A program made the translations under genes and the position numbers. Positions 1 to 13,604 of a DNA stretch of 64,000 nucleotides are shown one piece after another. Source of the stretch: Vicugna vicugna. Taxonomy: Eukaryota. Each line of letters begins with the position of its first letter. The first letter of the stretch is position 1. The stretch is taken from assembly GCA_013265495.1 (NCBI GenBank), contig MU057880.1:1580527-1644526 (forward strand). The letters are read 5' to 3'. Below the pieces are notes generated by a model. It was not told where the DNA came from and searched no databases. It saw nothing but the letters and a program-made list of their open reading frames with translations.

Positions 1-1647
1 TCAGAACTTGAAATGGGGTGCGACTGGAAGTAGGCATCTTCCACGTGGGAGAAGCTACTGGTGAGCACGGTCATTTTTTGAGTATCAGCCCCTCTCATAT
101 GCACGCCTTTCCTCCCTTCTGCCAAAGCCCTGTTGTGAAACCCAGTTCTTTAGACCAAACTCCTTCTGTTTCCTTCTCCACAGTGAGTCCCCTCTCGGGA
201 CCCACATTCTATGCCACCAACATGTGATTCTGCCACGTGGAGCTCCCCAGGCTCTCAGGGAGATCTGCGGATGGGTGAGGCCCTGATGAGAAAAGAATTC
301 ACCGATGTTGTCCTGTGTGGTCTTTTGCCTCATTGTTTTAAAAATTACTAGAGCTTCATCTTCCTATTTTTACTAGGTATAGTGTGTTTTCATTAGTCCA
401 GTTACAGTCTTTTTTTTTTTTTGGCATATTATAAGCTTACAAGATCAAACCAAATCTTGACTCTGAAATATATCTGAACTTTGCCTTGTACCATAATTTA
501 CTAAATAAACCTCAAAGAAGAGGCTACAGTAAACACTGAAAATCCATTTACATGGATGCCTGAAGTGTCCATTCAGTCTGTGTACAGGCGTGTGGTACGT
601 GGATGCTCTCAGCAAAGAAGCAGTGCCCTTGCCTACAAAGCTGCTCACAGCCTGGCATCAGGTCAGGGGCTGACAGTGGAAAATACCAGGGCATGTCTGA
701 TGATGACGGAGCAATGACTGTTCAATTAGAGCATCAGTAAGTCACTTCCCATGCACATAGATGGCTGCAAATGAGAAATTCATAGTTGTTTACCTTGGTT
801 TTGTTTTTAATTTTAACTAAAACAAAATCAACAAACACAAGCTGAGCCAAAAGGGACAGAACTTAAAATCAGGTGATAGTGACGTCTATCAGGCACTCCT
901 TCCAAATACAGCCCACGCCCCCCACTTAGGTCTGTGGGTTGTTGATTACCCATAACAGAGGGTTTGGACTCACCTCTCCTTTTTTTATTCATCCACATTG
1001 TTAAGGAGCTGCTGACTGTGGTTACAAAAATAAACCGAATGCAAAAGCAATTGATCATTTTCATCCCTAATTCCTGTGATTCTATTGGCCCACTGAAAAA
1101 AGTCCAGGAGACTAAAAACTAGATGAATTACGCTTTAGTCTTTCCTCTTCGACCAAAGCATCCCGGCTGGCGGCAGTGGGTGTAAGTACCGTTTTAAAGG
1201 AAGGAGGGTGAGAGGCGGGGAAACGTCATCGCACTGAGGGCGAAGCAGTCTTCAGAGCGGAGCTGCGCCTGTCAACAGAATCTGTCCTAAAATGTGCTCG
1301 CGGACAACGTTTAGATGGTCCAGCCAGCAAGGGAGGCGCGATTAACGGTGGATGGTGGAAAATAAATCTCTAAAAAGTGTCTCTATTTGTATGTGAGATG
1401 CTCTGTGTACTGTCTCCTAGCAGAGTGGGCATCTTATAATTCTCCTGCCCTTATTGTTTAATTATGCTGTACAGTTACAGAGCTTACCAAAGGGCTTTAT
1501 GAGGTATTCAGAATAGTGTGCAAGGAGGGAAATTTTGATTTGTTCTAGCTTATTGGCAGCAAAGAAAAAATTTACATTACAAATAAATGTCTCTACTTAG
1601 CAGGAGGAAGAAGCAAATAGAGGCACAGGTGGAATCGTGTGGGTGTC

Positions 1648-2000
1648 TGTCAAGCTAGGCTGAATTGCGCTATGGCACAAAATAACCCGGAGAGCTCAAT
1701 GGCACGTGACAGTGAGCACAGCTGTCTGGGCATCACTGTCTGGAGACCTGCCCCATGTCAGCATCCCCTGAGACCCACACTGTAGGAGCAGACCCCCTGG
1801 GGACCCTGCAAGGCTCAGGGAAAGGGGGAAACAGGAAGTTGGGGAACTGTGTGATGGCTTGTAAATCTCCTCTTTGGAAACCACACGTGTCAATCCCCAG
1901 CACCCCTTTGCTGAACTCAGTCGTGTGACCAAGCCTGGAGTCAGTGAGGTTGGAAGGGACCCTGTAAGAGGAGAAGCAGATACTTGAACAGGTAACACCA
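1648..2000 (-). mobile_element. Old MaLR LTR remnant (MLT1-like)
   Basis: Start 'agctaggctgaattgcgctatggcacaaaataaccc' and 'ctcagtcgtgtgaccaagcctgg' resemble the reverse of MLT1J/K/L consensus. Heavily decayed; boundaries approximate. Confidence 0.5.
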
Positions 2001-2391
2001 GCCCCCACACTGGTCAGAGCCGAGCTGCTGGATGCTGACAAACTGGAATTCAGATCCCAGATCAGCAGCTCGCTGTGGGACAGGTACATGGAGCTCTCCG
2101 CGTCTCCGTCTTCATTCTATTCTACGGTACTTACGTCATAGAATTTTTATAATATGTAAACAAGACAATATGGAAAATACTTATCATGGTATCTGACGCT
2201 TATAAACACTTGGCGTTACATTAAGTGTCAAGTTCTGTTTAAAGGGTTTTTGACACTTTTTATTTTTTTAACATTATGATAGAATTCTTTAATACATTTG
2301 AAAGACAAACAATTGTTTTAATTATTCCCAAGTGGCTAGTGGAGACTAATAGAAAATATTATTTTCCAACACTCAAAAACAATTCATGTAA

Positions 2392-2905
2392 TGTACTAGG
2401 GAAGAACAAATCTGAGTCCATATGAGATCCGTTCCTTTAGCTCTAACCCTGTGCTGTTTCCTGGGCTCAGTCATGCTGGTTCTGCACCTTTTGTAAAAGG
2501 ATGCTGCCTAGAGCCTGAAATAGACAGGACAGCCCATTCTCAAGGCTCTGACCTTTAAAGCGCTGACACTTTTCCATTCATGTAAAGATAAAAATTTACA
2601 GAATAAAAAATAACACTTGCCTCGTTGGAGGTTTACAAGGACACCACGACCTGCCCTTCATGGACAATGGCAAGAACAGAGGATTCTGACACCAAGAAGT
2701 TTCAACAACTGACCACACCTCACCCTGTTAGTATAAAAGGAGCCCAAATTCTGACTTGGGGAAGATGGTTCTCCAGGACATGAGTCCCCCATCTTTTCAG
2801 TCTACTGGCTTTCTGAGTAAAGTCACTATTCCTTGCCCCAACACCTCATCCCCCGATTCATTGGCCTGTTGTGCAGCAAGCAGAACGAGTTTGGACTTGG
2901 TAACA
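2392..2905 (+). mobile_element. Solo class I ERV (ERV1-type) LTR, 514 bp
   Basis: TG...CA termini (tgtactag...ggtaaca), 4-bp TSD gtaa at 2388-2391 and 2906-2909, TATA-like agtataaaag ~2730, poly(A)-like agtaaa ~2816. Confidence 0.9.
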
Positions 2906-4076
2906 GTAATACTCGACTCTTCATATTTTAGCAGGGACAGAGAAAGGGATTTGGAAAGGGATACCATGCAATGACTCTTTTATAACAAAATCAAGAGAAA
3001 AGTCTAATTAATTAATTATAATAAATTCTAATTCTAAGGCAGCTGTGGCCACATCACTTTACTTCACGCTTCTATGAGAATTTGTGATAAGATTCTTCTT
3101 TCTATTCTTTTACTCCTATCAACTTAAAATCAATTTTTAAACTAGATTTCTTGTCCCCAAACCAAATTCAGTCCCTATAGCACCACATTAATAGTTCTGA
3201 CTTTTAAAAAAACAATGTTGAAAAAAATTAATTCCAAAAGAGAGCATGTGATAAAAGAACAGAGTGCACCTGGATGTTTTGTTCCCTGTCATAGAATTAG
3301 TTCTAGAAATCACTTTAGTTTTGGCAAAAGGTAAAATCTTAATGATCAATATTCATAAGGTCTCTATCTGGCTTCAAGTAATTTGAACACCTGAAAAGTC
3401 TTTGTCTGAAATATTAAAGGTTATGGTAATAATAAAGGTGAGAGTGAATGGAATATTTTTAAAATCCAAAGAACATCATTCTCACATTTAAAATTCATAA
3501 GCAAAGTTTTCATAAAAACTGGCATTTCTTTCTGCTGACATTTGAGTTGGAATTTGGCCTCATTTCAAGGTCACTAGCTAAATGTTTAATGTGGAAAAAT
3601 GTTATAGATCAAATAAGGTGTATACGATACTAATGAATAAAGTGATTTCTTAAAGCAAGCTTTTGAGGTCCCTTGAGCCTCTTCCCAAACAAAGTAGCAG
3701 TCAAACAAAAAAAAGAGTATTAGCTTACTTCTTAGGAAAGCAGAAATTTCAAAACAGAGCTAATTAGTATGCAAAAACAAACCCAAACAAACAAAAATCA
3801 AAGTGACAGTCTTATTCAAACCCAGACCATTCAGTCACTCAAGCTTTGAGAAGCATTCACCAAAACTTACACCTCTTAGCATTTCGGGTGTTGTGAATTC
3901 ATCTTTTCTACTCTGCGGTGCCCCTTCCCAATGCACAGCTCCCCTCAGTTCTTTCCAGCACCTCAGTTTGCATGTGGTCACCTCCCAGGGTTCACTCCTG
4001 GACCTGATTATCTTGTGTCAGCAAAGTCAGCTGATGCAAAAGTCTATGCAAGTGTCCCACAGACTAGATTTTCCTC

Positions 4077-4545
4077 CTCTAACCCTGGGCTCTGTTTCCT
4101 GGGCTCAGTCATGCTGGTTCTGCACCTTTTGTAAAAGAATGTTGCCTGGAGCCTGAAATAGACAGGAGAGCCCATCCCCAAGGCTCTGACCTTAAGGGTG
4201 CAACACTTTTCCATTCATATAGAGATAAAAAGTTGCAGAACAGATCATAACATTTGTCCTGTTAGAGGTTTATAAGGAAACCACTACCTGACCCACATGG
4301 ATGGCTGCAAGAGCAAAGGATTCCGACACCAAGAAGTTTGCAACAACCAACCATAACCCCTCCCCTTTTATTATAAAAGGAGCTTGAATTCTAACTTGAA
4401 GAAGATGGCTCTCTAGGACATGAGTCCCCCATCTTCTCAGCCTGCTGGCTTTCAGAATAGAGTCATTAGTCTTTGCCCCAGAACCTCATATCCCGATTTA
4501 TTGCCCTGTTGGGTGGCGAGCAGAATGAGTTTAGGCTCGGTGACA
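4077..4545 (+). mobile_element. Second, 5'-truncated LTR of the same family as 2392-2905
   Basis: Colinear similarity to 2450-2905, e.g. shared ctgtttcctgggctcagtcatgctggttctgcaccttttgtaaaag; ends ggtgaca. Confidence 0.88.
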
Positions 4546-4929
4546 GTGGGGAGTTTCTAACATTTACTTTTGAATGCCTTCTTCTTCCCCAAGAGTAAAA
4601 AGAGGGATCAAACATCCATGTGTCTTACTTGTTGAATGCCAAGTTCTGTGCCAGGATACGACCACACAGATGTGAACAAAGCATGGCTGTTAAGAGACCT
4701 CTTATATCCACAAGAAAGATAACGAGGAATGCAGCTGCTATAATGAATGCACTGACCATTATAAGAGAGGCATGAAAAAGATCATGAGGACACGTAAGAG
4801 GGATGACACATTCATTTCTATGGTATTTATATGGCTTTTTGAATAGTACATGCAAAGTTTACTATGTCCTTCCTTGGCTGGTCTGGGCTTGTAATTCATT
4901 CCTTAGATGTGAAGATAGTTTCCAGTTCA

Positions 4930-5480
4930 TAAATAGAATAATTTATGTCCTCAGAGATATGATGTTTCAGTGGAGGAGTAGAGACAATAAGTCAGGGAAA
5001 TACGCAGATAGGTAGCACACCTGATGGTGCCAAGTGCTACGGAGAAAAACAAGACAAGGAGAGTGGAGAAGAAAGGCCTGTGGTGTACAGGGGGGATTGC
5101 ATTCTAGGCACAGGAAAGAACTAGCCTGACTGACCGGGAACCGCAAGGCCGGGTGCCTGGACCGGAGATGGCGATAACCGAGAGCAGCAGGAGAAGAGGT
5201 CAGACAGCTCAGGAGCAGCCAGACTGGGAAGAGCTTTGGTGGCCACGGTTACAGACTTGGCTTTACTTTGGGAAGGACAGAAAGCCAGGAGAGGTTCTGA
5301 ACACAGGTCAACATCGTCTGACAGCTATTGACAGGGTCATTTCAGTTTGCGCTGAGGAGGACAGGCTGAAGGGTGGGCACAGGAAGCAGCAGACAGAGAA
5401 CCAGAGGTCGTCACAATAATCCTGCTGCGAGATGATGGTGGATCAGACTGCAGTTCAAACAGATCTTGCATTCCGAATGT
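4930..5480 (-). mobile_element. L2 remnant
   Basis: Purine-rich L2-type text (tcagtggaggagtagagacaataa...gagatgatggtgg). Old; boundaries approximate. Confidence 0.55.
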
Positions 5481-5700
5481 AATTTAAACTATTAGTGTTT
5501 GTCTGATGATGTACTTCTCTGCTTGACACATACATGTAGTGATAGTTTATATTTGAAGTAAATGTCTCAAAATTCAATAATACTCTCCTTCTGGAGAATT
5601 TGAAACTGACTGGAGATTTTCTTCCCATGTTTTAACCCACAAATATTAATGTAAATGACATATTTTTCCCATAAAATCTCATATTGGGAGAAGTTTAACA

Positions 5701-6229
5701 AATATCCAATGTCAATAGACAGATGACTGGATAAAGAAGTTACAGTATATTTGTACAATGGAATATTACTCAGCCATAGAAAAGTAATAAAATAATGCCA
5801 TTTGTAGCAACATGGATGGACCTGGAGATTATCGGACTGAATGCAGTAAGTCAGAGAAAGTAAGACAGAGAAAGACAAATATCAAACAATATCACTTGTA
5901 TGTAGAATCTAAAACAGTGAACTTTTTTACAAAACAGAAATATACAAACATAGAAAACGAATTTATGATTATCGAAGAGAAAAGGCAGGGTGGAGAGATA
6001 AATTAGCAGTTCAGGATTAGCAGATACAAACTACTATATATAAAAAAGATAAACAACAAGGACCTACTGTACAGCACAGGGAACTACACTCAGTTTATTG
6101 TAATAACCTATAATGAAAAAGAATATGAAAAATAATATATACGTAAGTAAAACTGAATCACTATGCTGTACACCAGAAACTAACACAACATTGTAAACCA
6201 ACACTTCTTCAATGAAAAATAAATAAAAA
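5701..6229 (+). mobile_element. L1 3' fragment (ORF2 end, 3'UTR, A-tail)
   Basis: acagatgactggataaagaag...gcaacatggatggacctggag...ctgtacaccagaaactaacacaacattgtaaa, followed by an A-rich tail. Confidence 0.93.
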
Positions 6230-8475
6230 ATAGAGAATGATCATAAACTAAAGAGAAAAAAAAGATACTTTAAATACGTGACAATACGTGTAAGATTATT
6301 ATATCACCTCATTATATCATAAAACCTGGTCAAACTCTAAGGCTGTGCTTCTGTGATATGTCACATTGTAATCTATGTATATTCCCACTTTTCTCATTAT
6401 TTTCGTAAGCTAAAATCAGGTTGAAAGGTAATAACTGGAACACACTGGATTAGGAAAATTTGTTACAAAAGAGGAGCTTAAAATTTAAGGCTAGTCATAG
6501 AGAATTTTTTTTAAATATGTGACTATATAAATAGTGATGATTAAGATGATAACCTTTCCATATGACACCCGTGAAAACAGTTTTCATCGTTTTATGTCTC
6601 TTACTATTTAGCACCAGCTGTTGGAATACCTGTGTGTTTTTCCCAGCCATGACGATTACGGAACATTCTAGAAGTACCAGGCTTGAGGCAAATATGTGCT
6701 TAGTCCTGACTTAGGAAGAGCTGCGTTCCCCCTGGTCTGGGCTGGTGAAGCTGACTTCAGTCCCTCTTTCCTTGCCTCCCTTATAAACATCCATGGCTCT
6801 CTGTGAAGGTCTAAGGGAGGAACCCCATCTCCACCAGCGGATGAGGGCCGGCCTCTAGTCTGCAGTTGATCAGATCTTCCCTGGAGCAGCAGAAGCAGCC
6901 AGCCCGGAGCACGGACACATGGTATGCAGTTTGTGGAAATGGTCCAAGTACTCCCCTGCGTGTGTAATTTATGTTTTAAATGATGAAGACGTTCAGCAGA
7001 GGGAGTAGGAGAAAGTACACAGACGTATTTGAGACGATGATTGGATTTAGAGTGTTTATTACATGGAAACATTTAATAATCTATTTCCCCAATTGCTGAA
7101 TTTGATTTAGAAGCATTAAGTCAGATGTAAACTTTGAAAATAGCAGAAGAGTGGTTACTCCTGGAGATTTAAAATTAGGTCTGAATGATGCCTGGGCAAC
7201 CCGGCAAACAGCACAGTGACGCTGTATCGAGATGCTTAGAACATGATAAGCTGTATCAATTCATTTCACAGGGAAAAGAAAGCACCTTTCTCTGAATTCA
7301 ACTAATCGTTCAGGGTCATCTTTGTCCACCACGTCCTCTAGCTGAAACCATTTTTGTTCTGGGTGGCTGTGACCAAGCGTGTTTCAGTGAGGGGGTAACA
7401 TGTGCCTCTGTGAGTTTCCTTCTGAATCCTCACAGGTGAGCAAGGCTCTTCCGATGCCACACTTAGTTATCTCATCTAGATCTGCCATTCCACTACCCCC
7501 TCAAACCCCAAGAGATCAAAGAGGAATCGGTTCCTCTCTATGAAGGATGCAGAGAAAGGTAGAAACACCAGATGCAGGTGGTATGTTACGATGACATTTG
7601 AAAAATGCATAACAGTGTTAACTTGCACCATAGCCCTCTGAATGTGGGGACCAGGGAGGGGTAAGAAATCCTGCCAGCATTTCGTATTGTAAAGAACAGC
7701 GTCCTACAAACAACAGTTCTTCTCCACATAATTCGGATAAAACTCAAGGGTGGCTGTTGTCAACCTTAGACTCCCAATTCCTGTTTTCTGCCTCATATAC
7801 AATTAGATGAACTGCCGTCCCCGCTGATCCTTTAGAACAAAATGCGTATTAACTCAACTACCCTAAGGCCCCAGGCTCTCTGCCCAGGGGCCTGTGTCCT
7901 GCTGTGATGCTTGCCCAGTGGACGCTCAAGCTTTCTCTCTCCTGAAATAGTTATCTGCCCTGTTGCCAGAACCCTTTTTTCCCCCACCTTACAACTGTCC
8001 TTTCAAATTAAGCCTCCCTTGACTCAGTCCAGATATGGTCTTTATGTGATATATGATTAGTTTCCAGGCCTGTGGTTAGAGGCCAGCCATTTATTGATTT
8101 ATGTATTTCAAAGGGAAAGTCCTGACACTACATCTTAATATAAAGGGCTTTCTGAGAGCATTTATGGTTTGTTAAATTCCTCGTTTTCCCTCCCTGCAGG
8201 AGGTTTAAGAGGTGAATTAGATGAATTGTCGATTGTGTCGCAGTCATTTTCCTTATCTTGTAGTAATGCTATCATCTGGACAATGTGAATATTTCCATTT
8301 CTCATCTGCGATCATTAGAAATACAACCAATGTTGTCTCTGGCCCCCTGAGAATTCTCCAGGATACTTCATTGCCTTCAAGGGAAGGGGGAACTTCATAG
8401 AAGAGATCGCAGTGGAATAAAGAAGTTTTAAAAGTAATGGCTTTGATTCCATGGCGACTTGATTGTTTTTAGAGT

Positions 8476-8941
8476 AATTTTATTATTTTCTTATTGAAGT
8501 AGAGCTGATTTACAATGTTGTGTTAGTTTTAGGTGTACAAATTTATATATGTGTGTATGTGTGTGTATACATATACAGATTATTTTCCAAAATAGGCTAT
8601 TACAAGATATTGAATATAGTTCCCTGTGCTGTACAGTAGAACCTTGTTGTTTATCTATTTTATATTTAGTAGTGCATATGTGTTAATCCCAAATTCCTAA
8701 TTTATCCCTTCCCTACTTCCCTTTCCCCTATGGTAACCATGAGTTTGTTTCCTATGTCTGTGAGTCTCTTTCTGTTCTGTAAATAAGTTTATTTGTGTCA
8801 CTTTTTAGATTCCACATACAAGATATTTGTCTTTCTCTATCTGATCTGCTTCACTAAGTGTGATATTCTGTAGGTCCATTTAGGTTGCTGCAAATGGTAT
8901 TATTTTATTTTATATTATTATTTTATATGGATATATATTAT

Positions 8942-8985
<44 letters not shown>

Positions 8986-9175
8986 AGATATGTATATATA
9001 AATATATATATACACACACATACCACGTCTTCTTTATCTGCTCATCTGTCAACAGACATTTAGGTTGCTTCCATGACTTGGCAATTGTAAATAGCGCTGC
9101 TGTGAACATTGGGGTGCATGGATTTTTTCAAGTTAGAGTTTTCCCTGGATATATACCTCAGAGTGGAATTGCTGG
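8476..9175 (-). mobile_element. L1 3' fragment containing a (TA)n microsatellite
   Basis: Minus [21 protein letters not shown] is the L1 ORF2 C-terminus; L1 3'UTR on the minus strand; (TA)n ~8944-9012. Confidence 0.93.
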
Positions 9176-10195
9176 CTTGGTAGATTATTCTTATGCACTC
9201 AAGTTAGTAAACCACTGACAGACCATCACAGCACTAATAGAATATTAGAGAGGCAAAGAAACATATAATATGCTTTACACAGTCTGATGAAATGCATCGA
9301 TCCTCTCCAGAACAATGAACACAGGAACCTCCAGACAATTTCCTGTGCAATGCTGGGACATGCAGAGCTCTCTTCAAGGCTGGAGCCCACATAGAGTTTC
9401 TTAACAAAAGATTCATTGTTCGCACTAAAGATGCTTGTTTTAGTCTATCTTGCGTTTATCTTATCGATGAGAAAACTGTATCCTAGAGCGTTAATATTTT
9501 GACTGCAATCACACAGACCTCACATATTTTCAGTTTTCTACAATTTAAAAGCCAAATTTAACTAGGTTCTGGGCAAAGTGATTTTCAAATAATTCAGTCT
9601 AAGGTAATTTTGTCTCTAATGCAGACATAAAAGTCACAGTCGGTTCACTCAGTATGTGAATTCAATTTGAGAATAAATTAGCTTTTCCTAGACATTATTC
9701 TTGTTTATGGAGCTACTTACTTCTGCCTTTGAAGCCATTGGAATCGATGCTGGTAGTTATGTGGCATTTTAATGTCAATACAAAATGCATTGACTCACTG
9801 ATGAAAACTTTATTTTCTATCCTGGGGGTGGTAGGAGTTAACCTGTATCATGCTAAAATAAGGTTTCTGGAAAGCAAAAACGGGAATTATCATTCTAGGC
9901 ATTTTTATAATCATAACTTTTGTCCCATCATCCTCTAATAAGCCATGCCTCTTATTTTTCTCTCTTTACAGAATTAATTTTATTGAGAGCATTTTTGCTT
10001 TTTGAAATGTATTGGCGAATATCCTTTTAGTCACATTAATGAAACTGGGTTATAAAATACCAGGAGGAAGAACAAATGTGGAGTGATATAAATCAGGAAA
10101 TTGTGTGAACAGATATGGAATCCTTTCAAGGGAGGAAGGCCAGTGGGGGGGCACGCCAGGGAGTCACAGACAGCACTGGATAGTTTCTGATGGGA

Positions 10196-10400
10196 AGAAG
10201 GAAAGGGGGAGAGACAGACAGAGACAAACAGAGAGAGAAATGGAGACAGAGACAGAGATACAGAGAGAAACAGAGCCAGTGAAATAGAGACAGAGACAGA
10301 AGGAGACAGATATACAGAGGGAGGCAGAGCCAGAGAGACAGAGAGAGACAGAGATGGACAGAGAGACAGAGAGAAACAGGAGACAGAGAAGAGAAAAAGC
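10196..10400. repeat. GA-rich degenerate (GAGACA)n low-complexity tract
   Basis: Directly visible. It explains the Ser/Leu/Cys-rich spurious ORFs at 10031-10474. Confidence 0.95.
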
Positions 10401-10939
10401 AAACTGGACCAACAGAGCACAGCACAAAGTAGGCGTTTCAATCTCGCACTGCACTCAGCTTCTTCCATCATCACTTGGTTGGGAGATCCTCAGAAGCCCG
10501 AATTTTCCCATCAATTACTTTAAATTATGTTCCAAATTTAAATCGCCCTAAAGATTGGTAGTAACTGTGTACACCTGCGCTGCCCTGTCGGCTCTTCTTC
10601 TCTGAGGTCCTCTACAAGCATTTACAGCTCTAATGAGGCTGCTTATGTGTAACTGATCCCTACAGGGACCCACTGCTGCATTTCATCCAATTTCAGTTAT
10701 TTTCAGTTACTTCTGAAGATGTCCTTTGAAATAAAGTATGTGAAGCTGCTTATGATCGGTTATGACTTGGGAGAGAGGGAGAAGGTATTGAAAGATGAGG
10801 GGTCAATAACCATACCGCTCCCTGCCTTCAAGATTTCACACTTACTGTTGCCCACGCTGTGTTCTTCCCCTCGACTGGCCCCCCCCAGTCAGTGTTCCAG
10901 AACAAAGTTGGGGTGTGAGTTCCAAGTCAAGGACATCTA

Positions 10940-11100
10940 AGTCATTGCTTTTCTCTTCAACTTCCTTGACCCTGGATCGTGGGCAAGTTGGCTTCTCTGT
11001 GCCTGAGTGTAGTTCCCTATTAAACAGAGGAAAAGTTAGACCTTCTACCCGATGTGCCCATTTTGAGGGTGCAATGCAATAAGAGAGGTCAGAAAAGCTT
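10940..11100 (+). mobile_element. MIR remnant
   Basis: gggcaagttggcttctctgtgcctgagt...ccctattaaacagagg resembles the MIR core. Confidence 0.6.
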
Positions 11101-11171
11101 TGTATTTTAAAAATGGAGATACAAACGTATTCTGAAATCCAAGCATACTTGGGGTCTTCTAAGATGTTCAG

Positions 11172-11501
11172 TGTAAAAAATTAATAGACAGGGACCTCAA
11201 TTAAGTAGAGTCGGGAGATCCGAGGGGGAGCTCTCACACTCTGGGAGGACAATGGTGCCCAACAGGAAGAACAAAGAGCCCTCTTCTTTCCTGGCAAGGA
11301 CTCAGCCAATGAAAAGTCATGGGCTCCATGTCTGAGTTGACAACAGCCGTCCTGACTACGAAAGTGTTCTCCTCCTGCTACGAGGGGACTTGCACAAGGG
11401 TCACCATCGTCGCAGACCCTGAATTGCAGCTCTCTGCTGATCTCAAATAAACCCACCTTGGCTGGAGAAACATCTGGCAGTCGATTTGTTTCAGGTCAAT
11501 A
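11172..11501 (+). mobile_element. ERV1-type LTR (MER34/MER39-like)
   Basis: 3' end aataaacccaccttggctggagaaacatctggcagtcgatttgtttcaggtcaa matches the recalled MER39-type terminus. CCAAT (agccaatg) present; probable TSD tcag/taag with one mismatch. Confidence 0.75.
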
Positions 11502-13435
11502 TAAGTATTTCCGTCCCTTTTGCTGAGGACATAGAACCTCTTTCTCCATAAGATCAAAGCTGTGGATTTGGATTTGTGTTGTCTTTGTTTCCCTCTTCCG
11601 TGTTCACTCTGATCAGCAAATGTCCTTCTTGGGGCTGGTGATCAGGGAGATTTCATCCCCGTTACTTCTGTGCTGGGACTGCCATGTCGTTCTTTCAAAC
11701 AGCTGTTTTGATTCTTTTTTAAAAATGTCCTCAGTTCCCCCTTTTGAGATAATAAAACTTCGTAATCTCATCCTGGTGGTCTTACCTCATTGAACTTGTG
11801 TTCTAATTGTATTGTCTTTTGTTATTTGCTTCTGATCCCTCCATTATGTTTTCTTCCAAAATAAACTCTGTTTTGCAGATAACAAAGTATTCCGTTTCCC
11901 TCTTTTTGGGTACTCTCTTTTGGCTTTCTCTTTTCTGCCATTTCTCTTTCTCTACCATCAGTTCGTCTCTCCTTCCTTCCTTATGAGCTTCACATGGTAC
12001 CTTATCACAGGTACCATGATACTGTCTGAACCACTCACCCTTTGCTCCTATTCATGGGACCCAGCCCACTTACTTTCTCTGTATTGAAAGCCATTTCCCT
12101 TTGCATCAAGTAACCCCCCACTTACGTAACTGGAACCATCTGTCCTCCCTCTGAGCTCCAGGTGGAGGGGGCTTTTGTCCTGTGTTTGCAGTCAGTGTAG
12201 CATGGGAGAATTTCCACTGGGTCTTGTATTCTTTCTTCTAAGATTCTGGCAAATATCCTCTCCCAGAATTTAAGACATCTCTTTTTATGAAGAGAATAAA
12301 TTTTGGGCTTCTAATCATTAGTACATTTCTGTAAGGACGCTGGAAAATGTCATAATGTGACATGCTGTGCTTCTGCTGAAATCCTCTTACGTGAAGCCAC
12401 CTACACTATTCTCCCATCTGTCTGTCTAAGTATCTGTCTATCCATCTGTCAATTTTTTTCATTTTTGTCCAAAGTGCCTATTTTTTCCCTTAATTTACTT
12501 TTTTCCAAATTTGAGTATGATCATGGAAATTCTCAAAGCTGTGTCCCTCAGTTACACATCTTTTTTCTTGGTGTTAATTCTGACAGAGGTACTTTTGTGC
12601 ATTTGTATGTATGTGTGTATATGAGTGTGTATTAGGGGCATGGTATGGAGGCTGGCTTAGGGTATCAAAATCTTTATTTTTTTTTTTTGAAATGAGGTTG
12701 TATCCTTTCCTTCTTGCTTATCACTATGATTTCCCCTTTTTATGATTTGTTGCTTTATATTCATTTTATAAGGCATTGGGAGCAATGATTCTGATCTGAC
12801 TTCTCTCCACTGTCTTTCTTACTCTCCAGTATGTTTCTCAGACTTTTGTATATGAACACAATGATGACAGGAATGAAATCTATATTCCTTTTATGACTTC
12901 CCTAGTAGAATACTCTGGCTTCCCCCGACCCCACATAGAGCTCTCTAGCTATAGAAATGGGAAAGTTAGCATTATACCCATAGGGTTTTTTTTTTGTTGA
13001 TTATCCAATCATTTCATACTCTCCTTTTTAGCACCATGGTAATCTATTCCACAAAGGCAGAAGCTCTGAGATTTGCAGGGACTCAGTAAGGAATATCCTC
13101 CAGCATCCTGAAATATAAACTAGGTGAAAACTGAATACAAAGATGAGGAAATGAGACTATCTTCTCCTTTATAATTGGGAGACATGGATTATTAAGACCT
13201 CAGCTGAGACAGAAAGACAAACTAAGTCCTTTCAGTATATCAGGCATTTTCTTTCTTTCATTTATTAATCTGACTAGTGCAGAACCAAAACCATGTAGAT
13301 AAATAGATAAAAAAAAAAAAGACAGTCTAGAAAGAGTGATCCTTGGGCATCTGGAATCTGTTTCCATGCCACGCTTTATCTGTAGTATGACTTAAGGTCA
13401 AGTGAACCAAACTAACATTTAAAGTAAATGGTAGG

Positions 13436-13589
13436 AAATAGATACACGGTCTTGTGGTGGCTCACAGTGAAAAAGAATGCGACAATGATTATATGTAAGT
13501 TCATGTTTAACTGAAAAATTGTGCTCTACACTGGAAATTGATACAATATTGTAAACTGACTGTAACTCAATAAAAACTTTTTTAAAAAT
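13436..13589 (+). mobile_element. Very short 5'-truncated camelid-type L1 3' end with 15-bp TSD
   Basis: TSD aaagtaaatggtagg (13421-13435) / aaaggaaatggtagg (13590-13604); TTT/AAA endonuclease-type site; aataaa plus tail. Confidence 0.88.
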
Positions 13590-13604
13590 AAAGGAAATGG
13601 TAGG

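Noticed and set aside
2392..4545. Two same-family LTRs as the ends of one provirus
   Set aside because: The first LTR has its own TSD; no PBS (tgg) follows it and no PPT precedes the second; the 1.2-kb spacer is not retroviral; the copies are clearly diverged.
10031..10474. 147-aa hydrophobic ORF
   Set aside because: It is a translation of the (GAGACA)n tract.
11993..12018. Perfect 10-bp hairpin catggtacct/aggtaccatg
   Set aside because: Roughly one such stem is expected by chance in 64 kb, and there is no supporting context.
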